DNA of 64,000 bases from Salinivirgaceae bacterium (GCA_024405635.1 JAKSOL010000002.1:96001-160000); one strand, 5' to 3'; counted from the first letter of the stretch, positions 31,340 to 42,069 are shown. The notes: generated from the sequence alone by a model not told the origin. A program made the numbers and translations.

Positions 31340-31975
31340 TTACTTTTCTTGCAATTCTTTGCGATGAGCACGTTGCCACCAAATGATGCAACCCAAGATG
31401 ATAAGAGCCATAGGAGCCAATACCATCAAACCGTTGTTTTGATAGCCTGCTTTCTCAATGCATTCGTAGTTAAGAATGTTGATGCCGAACAAAGTTCCAG
31501 CGCCAAATAACTCGCGGAAGAATGCTACAATAATCAAAATTTTTGCATAACCCAAGCCGTTGCCCAAACCATCAAGGAACGATGCCCAAGGTCCGTTTTG
31601 CATTGCAAAAGCCTCCAAACGGCCCATCAAAATACAGTTGGTAATAATAAGACCAATGTAAACTGAAAGTTGCACGCTGATGTCGTATGCAAAAGCTTTC
31701 AAAATCTCGCTAACCAAAGTTACCAATGTTGCAACTACAACCAACTGTACCACAATACGAATGCGGCTTGGAATGGTGTTGCGCAACAACGAAATAATAA
31801 CGTTGGCAAAAGCAACAATAATTGTTACAGAAAGACCCATTACAATTGCAGGTTTCAACTCTGCTGTTACTGCCAAAGCTGAGCAGATACCTAGAACCTG
31901 TACAGTTACAGGGTTGTTCAAACCAAGAGGATTTACGAATGCCTCTTTATTTTTCTTTGAAAATAATTCGCTCAT
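31340..31975 (-). CDS. nqrD: Na+-NQR subunit D
   Basis: NNPVTVQVLGICSALAVT, LIITNCILMGR. Confidence 0.95.
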   Translation of the reverse strand: MSELFSKKNKEAFVNPLGLNNPVTVQVLGICSALAVTAELKPAIVMGLSVTIIVAFANVIISLLRNTIPSRIRIVVQLVVVATLVTLVSEILKAFAYDISVQLSVYIGLIITNCILMGRLEAFAMQNGPWASFLDGLGNGLGYAKILIIVAFFRELFGAGTLFGINILNYECIEKAGYQNNGLMVLAPMALIILGCIIWWQRAHRKELQEK

Positions 31976-31988
31976 AGTTTAATCCTCC

Positions 31989-32756
31989 TTATTTGGTTAA
32001 GAATGAGTTGAAGTTACCAAGACATTTTTCAAGCATATCATTTACACCATTTGATGTAAGTGTACCACCTGAAATGGCGTCAACTTGGTCTTTGTCGTTA
32101 ACAGCAGTTCCTGCTTTTACAACAGCGATTGATGTTAGTGCACTATCGCGAAGAATGTTCTTTCCTACAAATTGGTTACGGAACTCGTCGGTGGTGATTT
32201 TTGCACCCAAACCTGGAGTTTCGCTGTCGTGAGTGAAGAATACTCCGTAAACAGTGCTTTTGTTTTCGTCAACTGAAATGTAGCCACCAATTGCGCCCCA
32301 TAGACCATTACCTACAAGAGGAATAATGTATTTAACACCTTGTGGAAGTTCGCATTTGTAAACCACATTGTATTTTTCGGAACCAATAACATTGAAATCG
32401 GCAACAGCGCCTTTTTCATTGCCCTCGGTGTCAAGCACTGCTTTAACATATTTGTTAAAGTCGGCATTGGCATCGGTAGAGTTAATGTTAACTGCCGAAA
32501 GAATTTGCTTTTTGGTAGCAAGTTTAACGTTGTCGTCTTGTTTTGCTTTAAGTGCCGACGAAACGGCAGCTAACAAGAATGCAACTATAACTACCATTAC
32601 GGCTGCATAAATAAGGGTGTAGCCGTTGCTGTTCGTTGATATTTTCTTTTTCTCTTCAACGAATTCTGAAGCTGGAGCTTTGCAAGTAGGGCACTCAGCT
32701 GGTGCGCTACTACCTTCGTGGATATAACCACAAACTTTGCATTTAAATTTTGCCAT
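31989..32756 (-). CDS. nqrC: Na+-NQR subunit C with N-terminal rubredoxin-like domain
   Basis: N-terminal CKVC...CPTC, then TM helix, GNGLWG, HDSETPGLG, FMN site DAISGGTLTS; start set at ATG 32756. Confidence 0.93.
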   Translation of the reverse strand: MAKFKCKVCGYIHEGSSAPAECPTCKAPASEFVEEKKKISTNSNGYTLIYAAVMVVIVAFLLAAVSSALKAKQDDNVKLATKKQILSAVNINSTDANADFNKYVKAVLDTEGNEKGAVADFNVIGSEKYNVVYKCELPQGVKYIIPLVGNGLWGAIGGYISVDENKSTVYGVFFTHDSETPGLGAKITTDEFRNQFVGKNILRDSALTSIAVVKAGTAVNDKDQVDAISGGTLTSNGVNDMLEKCLGNFNSFLTK

Positions 32757-32766
32757 TGTTCGTTGA

Positions 32767-33906
32767 TTATTTAGTTGTTTTAACACGATTCAAGCGTTTC
32801 GATATGTTGCGCGAAACAACGCAGTGGTCAATCAATGGAGCAAATGTGTTCATCAAAAGAATTGCAAGCATCATGCCCTCTGGGTAACCAGGGTTCATAA
32901 CTCGAATGATGATTGCCATTGCGCCAATTAAGAAACCGTAGATGTATTTGCCAGTCTCGGTACGTGATGATGTTACAGGGTCGGTTGCCATAAATACAGC
33001 TCCGAATGCAAAACCACCAATGATAAGATGCTCATACCATGTTAGGCACGACATTCCACTAGCATTGAAAACAAAGCCCATTAAGGCTCCACCTACAAAT
33101 ACCGATACCATTGTTTTCCAACTTGCAACACCAGTCCACAATAGGATTACTGCGCCAATTAAGATTGCAACTACACTAGTTTCACCTATTGAACCAGGAA
33201 TAAATCCAAGGAATGCATTCATGTCGTTTGCTGGGTTGTATGTTCCAGCTGCTGCTAATGCAAGAGGAGTTGCTCCTGAAAAACCGTCGGCCATTTGTTC
33301 AGCACCATACCAAACTTGGTCGCCCGAAATTTTGGTAGGATATGCAAAGAAGATGAATGCGCGAGCAACAAGGGCTGGGTTCCAAAGGTTCATACCAGTG
33401 CCACCAAATACTTCTTTAACAAATATTACTGAAAATGCGGTTGCAATTGCTACCATCCACAATGGAATGTCGGCTGGCATAACTAAAGGAATAATCATAC
33501 CTGATACAAGGTAACCTTCGTTAACCTCGTGACCATTGATTTGTGCAGAGATAAACTCGATAGCCAAACCAACTACGTATGATACAACAACAATAGGTAG
33601 AACTTTGATAAGTCCGTAGCAAACAATTTCGCCAAAAGTTGCGGCGTTGTTGCCAATGGCAAGGAAATGTTGGTAACCAGTATTCCATATGCCAAAGAAT
33701 AGTGCAGGCACAAGGGCAATGATAACTGCGGTCATTGTACGTTTCAAGTCCACAGCATCGCGTACGTGCACACCGCCTTGGTTTACAGTGTTAGGTGTAA
33801 ACAAGAATGTTTCGAACGCTCCAAAGGTTGAGCGGAACTTAGCAAACTTGCCACCCTCGCTGAATTGCGGTTTTATGCGGTCAATGTAATTTCTAAGTGC
33901 TTTCAT
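32767..33906 (-). CDS. nqrB: Na+-NQR subunit B
   Basis: KEVFGGTG, FMN site SGATPL, GSIGETS, MATDPV, YPEG. Confidence 0.96.
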   Translation of the reverse strand: MKALRNYIDRIKPQFSEGGKFAKFRSTFGAFETFLFTPNTVNQGGVHVRDAVDLKRTMTAVIIALVPALFFGIWNTGYQHFLAIGNNAATFGEIVCYGLIKVLPIVVVSYVVGLAIEFISAQINGHEVNEGYLVSGMIIPLVMPADIPLWMVAIATAFSVIFVKEVFGGTGMNLWNPALVARAFIFFAYPTKISGDQVWYGAEQMADGFSGATPLALAAAGTYNPANDMNAFLGFIPGSIGETSVVAILIGAVILLWTGVASWKTMVSVFVGGALMGFVFNASGMSCLTWYEHLIIGGFAFGAVFMATDPVTSSRTETGKYIYGFLIGAMAIIIRVMNPGYPEGMMLAILLMNTFAPLIDHCVVSRNISKRLNRVKTTK

Positions 33907-33923
33907 TTTATACTAATAAATTA

Positions 33924-35279
33924 TTATCCCACTTCGGTGTACATAAGGTTCAAACCATTGCGAAGAATTTTTTGCACTTGAATTTTTGAAGTACAAGCAA
34001 ATTCACACAATGCCAAATCTTCTTCAATTACCTCATAAATACCCAATTGCTCCATTTTGTCAATGTCTTGTGCCATGATGGCTTTTACCAAGAATTCTGG
34101 ATAAATGTCCATTGGCAAAACGCTGTCGTATTGGTTACTTACTACAATGGCGCGAGGCTCACCGTGAGTATTGGTGTTCATCTCATATTCTTTTTTTGGC
34201 ATTAGCCATGAGAAGAAAGTGCGGCCTGCACTGAATTTGTTAAATCCAGGAGCTGCCCATCCCATAAACTCGTAATCGTTGCCTTCTGGGATAACTGTTA
34301 TTTGGTTGCTAAAGAAACCAAGGTATCCGTTTGCATCAATTTGTGTGCCTGTTAGTACGTTGCCGCTGATGATGCGGTTGTTGTCGCCTTCAACGTTGCC
34401 GGCCAAAATGCTAGCTACGTTTGCGCCAAGTACTGTGCGGTAATATTTAGGTGCCTTAACTTGGCTACCAGTAAGAGCAATTACTTTGGTAGCATCAAAC
34501 ACTCCTTTGCTAAATAGCCGTCCTATTATCAGCAAATCTTGAGGGTTGATTGTCCAAACTATTTCACCTTTGTTAATTGGATCGATGTGGTTGATTTGAA
34601 CGCCCACATTACCTGCAGGGTGTGGCCCTTCAAATTCGTGAATTTCAGCACCTTTTACTGAAGAGTAAATTTTGCTCATTGGGTATGCTCCGTTGTATGA
34701 CAAGTGAACTTGTCCATTGGTGAGCACTTTCAAAACATCGATACCCATTTGGAAATCAGATTCTTGACCAGAAAGGATGAAGTCGTAATCAGGTGCTAGC
34801 GGAGCGCTATCAAATCCCGATACGAAAATAGCCTTTGGTGTTTGCGATGGGTTGGCAATGATGTCGTATGGACGTTGTTTAATTAGCGGCCATGCTCCAG
34901 CATTTAGTAAGGTTTCAACAACCTTTTCGCGGCCCATTTTGGCTGGGTTTGCTACTTCAAATTTTACTGATTCATTTTGTCCATCTGGCTCAATAACAAA
35001 TGCCAAGATGCGACGACGATCACCTCTAACAATCTGTTTTAGAGTGCCACTTACTGGCGAGGTGAATTTTACTTCGGGGTGGTTCTTGTCAAAGAACACG
35101 GCATCGCCTGCTTTAACTTTGTCTCCTTCAGCTATTGCTGGTTTTGGAGTTAACATGTTAAAGTCAGTTGGTTTTAGAGCAATGCTTTTTACTGCAGATG
35201 TGCTTTGCTCAAAAACTTTTTCAGCCTTACCCTTCAGAGGGATATTCAATCCCTTGCGGAGTTTTACTTTTTGCGACAT
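33924..35279 (-). CDS. nqrA: Na+-NQR subunit A
   Basis: KGLNIPL, SPVSG, GPHPAGNVG, EEDLALC; start set at ATG 35279. Confidence 0.96.
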   Translation of the reverse strand: MSQKVKLRKGLNIPLKGKAEKVFEQSTSAVKSIALKPTDFNMLTPKPAIAEGDKVKAGDAVFFDKNHPEVKFTSPVSGTLKQIVRGDRRRILAFVIEPDGQNESVKFEVANPAKMGREKVVETLLNAGAWPLIKQRPYDIIANPSQTPKAIFVSGFDSAPLAPDYDFILSGQESDFQMGIDVLKVLTNGQVHLSYNGAYPMSKIYSSVKGAEIHEFEGPHPAGNVGVQINHIDPINKGEIVWTINPQDLLIIGRLFSKGVFDATKVIALTGSQVKAPKYYRTVLGANVASILAGNVEGDNNRIISGNVLTGTQIDANGYLGFFSNQITVIPEGNDYEFMGWAAPGFNKFSAGRTFFSWLMPKKEYEMNTNTHGEPRAIVVSNQYDSVLPMDIYPEFLVKAIMAQDIDKMEQLGIYEVIEEDLALCEFACTSKIQVQKILRNGLNLMYTEVG

Positions 35280-35312
35280 AATACTGCTATTAGTTTTAAA
35301 AAAACGGCGGTG

Positions 35313-35320
35313 CAAATGTA
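35313..35320 (-). promoter_or_regulatory. -7 box (TACATTTG) for the nqr operon
   Basis: TAnnTTTG about 35 bp upstream of nqrA. Confidence 0.6.
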
Positions 35321-35413
35321 TGAAAATCAACGGCCTTTTCAATGAACAATGGAATGCTATTGTCAAAAAAGAATAAACATGCTGATAATAAACTGTTTGC
35401 CGATTTTTTTTTG

Positions 35414-35467
35414 AAAAAAGAAGCCCAGTTTGATAGTGTGTTGCACTGCCAAACTGGGCTCTTTTTT
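35414..35467 (-). terminator. Terminator after eda
   Basis: AGCCCAGTTTG...CAAACTGGGCT long stem with flanking A/T runs. Confidence 0.75.
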
Positions 35468-35480
35468 ACATGTTGTTTGT

Positions 35481-36149
35481 TTACTTCAACTCTTTAACAA
35501 TGTTAAGGCTTTCGCGAACTTTGTTTTCAATAAATTTCCAATCGCCCTTTTCAATAACATCTTTTGGTGTTAGTTGAGAACCTAGTCCTACACAGCAAAC
35601 TCCTGCTTTGAACCACGATTCTAGACTCTCGCGTTCAGGTGCAACGCCTCCGCTTGGCATAATGTTGGTCCATGGGCATGGGGCTTTTACTGCTTTAACA
35701 AATGATGGGCCTCCAACTTCTTTGCCTGGGAATATTTTCACAATCTCGCAGCCTAGTTCTTCTGCAAGGTTAATTTCGCTTAATGTTCCGCAGCCGGGCA
35801 ACCATGCTATTTTGCGGCGGTTGCACACTTTTGCCATGTCGGGGTTGAGGCTTGGCGATACAATAAAATTTGCACCAAGTTGAATGTAAAGTGCTGCTGT
35901 GGCTGGATCTACTACCGAGCCAACGCCCATTGCCATTTCAGGGCAGTTTGTTGCGCACCATTTGTTTACTTCGGCAAATACTTCGTGAGCAAAATCACCG
36001 CGGTTGGTGAATTCAAAAACGCGTGCGCCGCCATCGTAGCAGGCTTTTACTACGTTTTTTACAAGTTCAACGTCTTTGTTATAGTAAAGAGGCACAATAC
36101 CTGTGCTCACCATTGTGTTTAGTACATCTAATCTTTTGAAACGTGCCAT
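35481..36149 (-). CDS. eda: KDPG/KHG aldolase
   Basis: EFTNR, GVGSV, FIVSP, VKIFP, MPSGGV. Confidence 0.92.
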   Translation of the reverse strand: MARFKRLDVLNTMVSTGIVPLYYNKDVELVKNVVKACYDGGARVFEFTNRGDFAHEVFAEVNKWCATNCPEMAMGVGSVVDPATAALYIQLGANFIVSPSLNPDMAKVCNRRKIAWLPGCGTLSEINLAEELGCEIVKIFPGKEVGGPSFVKAVKAPCPWTNIMPSGGVAPERESLESWFKAGVCCVGLGSQLTPKDVIEKGDWKFIENKVRESLNIVKELK

Positions 36150-36172
36150 AATAGTATGTTTGTTATTTGTAA

Positions 36173-37207
36173 TTATCTTGAAACTCGTCCGCTAGCATCG
36201 CCGTTCATAAGTTTTTCAACTTCGGCAACCGAAACGCGGTTGTAGTCGCCATAAATAGTGTGTTTTAGGCACGATGCGGCTACAGCAAAGTTTAGTGCTT
36301 TTTGGTCGTCGCCTGTGTAGGTTTGTAAACCGTAGATTAGTCCGCCCATAAACGAGTCGCCGCCACCAACGCGGTCAACAATGTGTGTTATTTGGTATTC
36401 TGGTGATTTGAATAGTGTTTTGCCGTCGTAAAGAACTCCTGCCCAGTTGTTGTGGTTTGCATTGATGCTGCTGCGTAGGGTAGTGATGACTTTTTTGCAG
36501 CGTGGGAATTTTGCCATAATTTGTTGTGAAACTGAAAGGTAAGCGTCGGCTGTTACTTTGCCGCCTTCAACATTCACACCTTCAGGTTTAATGCCAAGTG
36601 CTTTTTCGGCATCTTCTTCGTTTCCAAGAATAACATCGCAACCGGCTACTAGTTCAGGCATTACTTCCATTGCGCTTTTACCATACTTCCATAGGTTTTT
36701 GCGGTAGTTTAGGTCGCACGAAACGGTTATGCCACGTTGGTTGGCTGCTTTAATTGCTTCAAGGCAAACTCGTGCTGCACCTGCTGAAATGGCTGGAGTT
36801 ATGCCTGTCCAATGAAACCAACCGGCGCCTTCAAATACTTTGTCCCAGTCTATCATTCCGCTTTCAATTTCGGCGATTGACGATCCTGCACGGTCGTATA
36901 TTACTTTGCTGGCTCGGCTAACTGCGCCAGTTTCAAGGTAGTAAATACCAATGCGGTTGCCGCCGTAAACAATGTCGTTTACATCAACTCCAAAGCCGCG
37001 CAATTCGCGTACGCACGAGTCGGCAATATCGTTTTTGGGCAATCGAGTTACAAAACTTACTGGAATGCCATAGTTTGCTAGCGAAACGGCTACGTTGGCC
37101 TCGCCTCCACCAAATGTGGCGCTCAACATGTTTGATTGTCCAAAACGTTCGTAGCCTGGAGTGGCAAGACGAAGCATCACTTCGCCAAATGTTACTGTCT
37201 TTTTCAT
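36173..37207 (-). CDS. kdgK: 2-dehydro-3-deoxygluconokinase (PfkB family)
   Basis: FGEVMLRL, GGGEANVA, DLNYR, DRVGGGDSF; adjacent to eda. Confidence 0.92.
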   Translation of the reverse strand: MKKTVTFGEVMLRLATPGYERFGQSNMLSATFGGGEANVAVSLANYGIPVSFVTRLPKNDIADSCVRELRGFGVDVNDIVYGGNRIGIYYLETGAVSRASKVIYDRAGSSIAEIESGMIDWDKVFEGAGWFHWTGITPAISAGAARVCLEAIKAANQRGITVSCDLNYRKNLWKYGKSAMEVMPELVAGCDVILGNEEDAEKALGIKPEGVNVEGGKVTADAYLSVSQQIMAKFPRCKKVITTLRSSINANHNNWAGVLYDGKTLFKSPEYQITHIVDRVGGGDSFMGGLIYGLQTYTGDDQKALNFAVAASCLKHTIYGDYNRVSVAEVEKLMNGDASGRVSR

Positions 37208-37237
37208 TTTTTGAGTATTATTTAATGTTAGTTGTTG

Positions 37238-39166
37238 TCATTTAGTTATGCTGAAAGGGAACGCTGGTAGTCCTTCTTTGCTATAAAGGTTTATTTTGCC
37301 TGGGTTGTCGGCCCAAGCATAGCGAACACTTACTGGTTTTTTAACTTTTTTGCTGCTTACAATTACTTTGTTGCCAATAAGTTGCGCATCGGCCCAATAG
37401 TATTTACCATCGGCACCTGCAATTGCAAAAGCTGTAGGCGCTTTGCCGTCGGTTGTTGTAAGCCCGCTGCCGCAGTTGGTAAACTCAATGGTGGCTTTGT
37501 TGCCTTTTACCGTGAGTTTGGTTGCTGTTGGGGCGTCGGCTATTACTTTGTTGTCGCCGTAGGCTTTCGATTTTGCTTGCAGATAAACGCGATGTGCAAG
37601 GTCTTTTTTGTTGAGTGGGTGAATGTCGTTCCACTCGCCAAGGTCAATGGCACACACAAGCGATGTGTTTTCGCTTTGGTTGGCGGCATCGGCTTGTGCC
37701 TGACGCATACGAGCCCAAGTTCCGTTGCTTGGCTCGGCAACTTCTTCCATAAAGTTTGGTAGTTGAATAACAATGAAAGGTAAATTGCTGTTGTTTAAAT
37801 CTTTACGCCAACTGCTAATGAGCGTTTTTAAAAGAGGGGTGTACTCTTTGTCGTGTCCTGCATTTGATTCGCCTTGATACCAAATGGCGCCAGTGTAGTT
37901 AAATCCCAAAGCTGGAGCCAACATGCCGTTGTAAAGTCCAGCTGGTTTCCATCGAAGGAAAGCCGATGCTGGTGCGCGTCGAATGGTGCTAGCACGGCGG
38001 AATTTCCATTCTCCACTCAAGTCAATGGTGTCGTTCTCAAGTTGCAGAATATAGTCTTTGTCGGTTACAAATTCACCATTTGCACCGTTTTCAACTGCAC
38101 GTACAGCAATGTAGTTTTCACCTTCGTGCATTAGTCCATCTGGAATATCGTAGCGGCGAGGAGGGTATTGGTATCCTGTTGAACCAACTTTTTCACCGTT
38201 TATGTATATCTCGTCGGCATCAACAATTACTCCCATTATTATTTTTTGTACCGATGCTGCTTGTTCTGCCGTAAGAATAATGCGTTTAGCAAACCATAAT
38301 GCGCCTGCCGATTGCACTGTGTCAAAACAACACCAAGTGCCTGGAATAATTGCGTTTTCCCAACTTTCGATATCGGTTTCGGGGCTTTCCCAATGATTTT
38401 TGTATCCCAAGTCGAGGTTTGTTAGTTTAGTGTACCATGCATCCGACTTCTCTTTGTCTCTTTTGTTTATTTGGGCAGTTAGCGAGTCGTTTTGCATACG
38501 TTTAAGTTCGTTGTATGCAGTTGGATAAGCTTTTAGTTCTTCTTCTGAAATCCAAGCCTCAATAGGTGAGCCTCCTAAACTTACGTTCATTATGCCTATT
38601 GGAATGTTGAGGTCGCGGCTCAATTCGTCGGCAAAAAAGTAGGTAAGTGCACCAAATTGGCCAACGGTTTGTGGATTAACGGTTAGCCATTTTCCTCCGT
38701 CAAGGTCCTCTTGTGGAGCGTGAAAGTTATATCGGTCGGGTACTTTTGTGTAGCGAACGTTTTGATTATTTGCGTTTTCAATCACTCCAGGGAATATCCA
38801 TTCAACGCGGCGAATTGGTAATTCCATGTTTGATTGGCCAGAGCAAAGCCAAACATCGCCAATAAGCACATTGTTAATTACAACGGTGTCTGATGCACTA
38901 ATTGTTATGTTGTATGGCCCGCCTGCTGGTTGCGATGGAATTTTTACACTCCATTTGCCATTTTCGGCAGCAATGGCTGTGTAGTTTGCATTTTTAAAGT
39001 TTACGTTAACTTTTTCTCCAACTGAAGCCCAACCCCAAATGTTTATTTCGGCATTGCGTTGAAAAACCATATTGTCGCTAATTAGTTTTGGCATTTTTAT
39101 TTGCGCATCAATTTGGGTGGCAAACAATGTTGCTACAGCTAATAGCAATTGTCTAGTTAGTTTCAT
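37238..39166 (-). CDS. Secreted sialate O-acetylesterase (SASA)-family carbohydrate esterase with inserted beta-sandwich
   Basis: Signal peptide, SDNMVFQR, CSGQSNM, WYQGESN, DIHPLNK, VRYAW. Confidence 0.88.
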   Translation of the reverse strand: MKLTRQLLLAVATLFATQIDAQIKMPKLISDNMVFQRNAEINIWGWASVGEKVNVNFKNANYTAIAAENGKWSVKIPSQPAGGPYNITISASDTVVINNVLIGDVWLCSGQSNMELPIRRVEWIFPGVIENANNQNVRYTKVPDRYNFHAPQEDLDGGKWLTVNPQTVGQFGALTYFFADELSRDLNIPIGIMNVSLGGSPIEAWISEEELKAYPTAYNELKRMQNDSLTAQINKRDKEKSDAWYTKLTNLDLGYKNHWESPETDIESWENAIIPGTWCCFDTVQSAGALWFAKRIILTAEQAASVQKIIMGVIVDADEIYINGEKVGSTGYQYPPRRYDIPDGLMHEGENYIAVRAVENGANGEFVTDKDYILQLENDTIDLSGEWKFRRASTIRRAPASAFLRWKPAGLYNGMLAPALGFNYTGAIWYQGESNAGHDKEYTPLLKTLISSWRKDLNNSNLPFIVIQLPNFMEEVAEPSNGTWARMRQAQADAANQSENTSLVCAIDLGEWNDIHPLNKKDLAHRVYLQAKSKAYGDNKVIADAPTATKLTVKGNKATIEFTNCGSGLTTTDGKAPTAFAIAGADGKYYWADAQLIGNKVIVSSKKVKKPVSVRYAWADNPGKINLYSKEGLPAFPFSITK

Positions 39167-39184
39167 GTTCAAAAGGGTTTATGT

Positions 39185-40585
39185 TTAAAAGTTGAAATAT
39201 TGTTTCGCGTTTTTGTAGCAAATGTTTTCTACAATTCCGCCAACAAGATTAAGGTCGTTTGGCAATTCACCGTTTTCAATGTCGCGACCAAATAAGTTGC
39301 ATAAAATGCGGCGGAAATAGTCGTGACGAGGGTACGATAAAAAGCTGCGCGAGTCGGTAAGCATACCAACAAAACGGCTGAGCAAACCATGGTTCGAAAG
39401 GCAATTCAATTGTTTTTCGATGCCGTCTTTTTGGTCAAGAAACCACCATGCAGAGCCCCATTGCATTTTGCCTGCTATGGTTCCGTCTTGGAAGTTGCCA
39501 ATCATTGTTGCAAAAACTTCGTTGTCGGCTGGGTTTATGTTGTATAAAATGGTTTTTGCTAGTTGGTTTGAACTATCAAGTCGGTCAAGAAATTTTGACA
39601 TTGATTGTGCTTGACTGAAATCGCCCATGCTATCAAATCCAGTATCAGGACCTAAAGTGCTTAGCAAACGAGTGTTGTTGTTGCGTACCGGTCCAGCATG
39701 GAATTGTTGAATCCAACCTTTTGCATGCACTTGCAATGCAAATCGGTAAAGTGCTGCCGATTGAAATTTAAGCACTTCTTGTCGCGACAATTGATTGCCT
39801 TTGCGAACTTTTTGAAAAATATTTTCAATCTCAGCATCGGTGTAATCTTCGGCATATAGAAAATCCAAACCGAAGTCGGCTAAGCGACAACCGCAGTTGT
39901 GAAAGTAGTCAATACGGTTATCTAGCGCATCAAACAACGTGTTGAAACTATTTATGTCAACATTTGCAGCTTCGGCAAGTTTGTCAATGTAAGTGTTGTA
40001 ACTAACAGCATCAGCAACGGCCGAAGCTTTGTCGGGGCGCCAAGTTGGTAGTATTTTGGTTGGACAAGCTGATTGGGCAATTTGTTTGTGATATTGCAAG
40101 TTATCAATAGGATCGTCGGTTGTGCACGCCGATTCTACGTTCATCATTCTCATCATGTCCCAAACTCGCATTTTTCCACTTTGCAACATCTCTTCGGTTT
40201 GCATGTAAATGCGTTCGGCCGATTCGGCATTTAACAACTCGTCAATGCCAAAGTACATTTTAAGTTCCAAGTGGGTCCAATGGTACAATGGGTTGCGTAG
40301 TGTGTTTGGCACAGTTTCGGCCCAAGCCATAAATTTTTCAAAATCAGATGCATTGCCAGTAATGTATTTTTCGTTTATACCATTTGCACGCAATGCACGC
40401 CATTTGTAATGGTCGCCCGAAAGCCATACTTGGGCAAGGTTGTCAAATTGCTTGTTTTCAGCAATTTGTTGTGGGATAAGGTGCGAGTGGTAGTCAATAA
40501 TTGGCTGTGGTTTCGCAAAGTCGTTATATAGTTTTTGTGCAGTTTGTGTTTGCAACAAAAAATTATCGGTTATAAAAGTTTTCAT
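39185..40585 (-). CDS. uxaC: Uronate isomerase
   Basis: IIDYHSH, DHYKWR, NPLYHWTHLEL, WWFLDQ, GMLTDSRSFLSYPRH. Confidence 0.97.
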   Translation of the reverse strand: MKTFITDNFLLQTQTAQKLYNDFAKPQPIIDYHSHLIPQQIAENKQFDNLAQVWLSGDHYKWRALRANGINEKYITGNASDFEKFMAWAETVPNTLRNPLYHWTHLELKMYFGIDELLNAESAERIYMQTEEMLQSGKMRVWDMMRMMNVESACTTDDPIDNLQYHKQIAQSACPTKILPTWRPDKASAVADAVSYNTYIDKLAEAANVDINSFNTLFDALDNRIDYFHNCGCRLADFGLDFLYAEDYTDAEIENIFQKVRKGNQLSRQEVLKFQSAALYRFALQVHAKGWIQQFHAGPVRNNNTRLLSTLGPDTGFDSMGDFSQAQSMSKFLDRLDSSNQLAKTILYNINPADNEVFATMIGNFQDGTIAGKMQWGSAWWFLDQKDGIEKQLNCLSNHGLLSRFVGMLTDSRSFLSYPRHDYFRRILCNLFGRDIENGELPNDLNLVGGIVENICYKNAKQYFNF

Positions 40586-40596
40586 TGTATAAGTGT

Positions 40597-42045
40597 TTAA
40601 TCTTCAATCTTTTTGTATTGTGGAACAAGCGATTTCATTATAGACCAAGCAATAAGATAAGCTAGTCCGCAGATGCAGAATACTACGAAATAGGCTGCAG
40701 GTTTTCCTTCAAACCCCATAAACTGAATGGCTGCGCCTTGTTTTTCGGCATAATCGAAAAACATACCAGAGCCACGGTTTATAATGAATGAACTAATGCC
40801 CCCTGCCATTGTGCCAATTCCAACAATGGTTGCAACTGCCGATTTTGGAAACATGTCGCCAATGGTGCTATACAAGTTTGCGCTCCATGCTTGGTGTCCT
40901 GCGCCTACCAAACCTATTACAATTGCAGGAAACCATGCTGAAAATCCGCCCAAAGGTTGAGCAAGTAGTCCAACTAGTGGAATAAATGCAATTATTAGCA
41001 TGGCGCGCATACGGCCCGAGTATGTTTCCATGCCTTTTTGCTCAACAAAGTAGTTGGGGAGTTTGCACAGAAAAATTGAAAGTACAGTAACAATCAAATA
41101 CAAAGTCATGATAAGCAACATGCCAGTTCCCGACGATGCTTTGTATCCGTAAACATCTTGGAAATATCCAGGTGCCCAAAATAGCATAAACCACCATACT
41201 CCATCGGTAAAGAACTTGCCAACGCAAAAACTCCATGTTTGACGATAGGTGAAACATTTAAGAAACGATATTGGTTTTTCTGGTTTTGTTTCTGTGTTTG
41301 AACTTGCGATTTCTGCTGCATCGTCTTGACGAATGTAGTCAAGCTCAGCTTGATTAACGTGCTTTGAATTTTCGGGTTTGTCGTACATTTTTACAAAAAA
41401 TCCCATCCAAAAGAAACCCAATGCACCAATTATTATGAACGAGGCTTCCCATCCAAAAGCTTTGGCCAAAGGTGGAATCATTAGCGGTGCAACCAATGCG
41501 CCAACAGATGCTCCAGCGTTGAATAGTGAGGTAGCAAAGGCTCGGTCTTTTTTGGGAAAATATTCGGCAGTTACTTTAATGGCAGCCGGAAAGTTTCCGC
41601 TTTCGCCTAATCCCAATAGTGCTCGGCATCCTAAAAATAACCACACTCCTGTTGATGCAATTGCCAAGGCTGCCGCCGAACCGTTTTCAACACTGCGCAT
41701 AGCTTCAAGCGATTCGTATCCATGAATATTTTGAGTTATCACGCCACATAATGCGTGCAAGCAAGCAGCTACACTCCATAATCCTATGGCCCATAAATAA
41801 CCTTTACGTGTTCCTATCCAGTCAACAAATTTGCCCACAAACAACGTGCAAATGGCATAAAATAGCGAAAAGTAAGCTGTTACCATACCATAATCGTCGT
41901 CGGTCCAATGAAAATCGGGGTATATAAATTCTTTTGCTGTTAAACTTAAAACTTGACGGTCAAGATAATTGATGGTTGTTGCAAAAAACAGTAGGGAACA
42001 TATAACCCAACGGTATTTGCTCATTGTTTGGTTTAGTTTATTCAT
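40597..42045 (-). CDS. MFS hexuronate transporter (ExuT-like)
   Basis: RWVICSLLFFATTINYLDRQ, ESGNFPA, 12-TM pattern, upstream of uxaC. Confidence 0.9.
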   Translation of the reverse strand: MNKLNQTMSKYRWVICSLLFFATTINYLDRQVLSLTAKEFIYPDFHWTDDDYGMVTAYFSLFYAICTLFVGKFVDWIGTRKGYLWAIGLWSVAACLHALCGVITQNIHGYESLEAMRSVENGSAAALAIASTGVWLFLGCRALLGLGESGNFPAAIKVTAEYFPKKDRAFATSLFNAGASVGALVAPLMIPPLAKAFGWEASFIIIGALGFFWMGFFVKMYDKPENSKHVNQAELDYIRQDDAAEIASSNTETKPEKPISFLKCFTYRQTWSFCVGKFFTDGVWWFMLFWAPGYFQDVYGYKASSGTGMLLIMTLYLIVTVLSIFLCKLPNYFVEQKGMETYSGRMRAMLIIAFIPLVGLLAQPLGGFSAWFPAIVIGLVGAGHQAWSANLYSTIGDMFPKSAVATIVGIGTMAGGISSFIINRGSGMFFDYAEKQGAAIQFMGFEGKPAAYFVVFCICGLAYLIAWSIMKSLVPQYKKIED

Positions 42046-42069
42046 ATAAATATGGTTTTATAAATGGTT

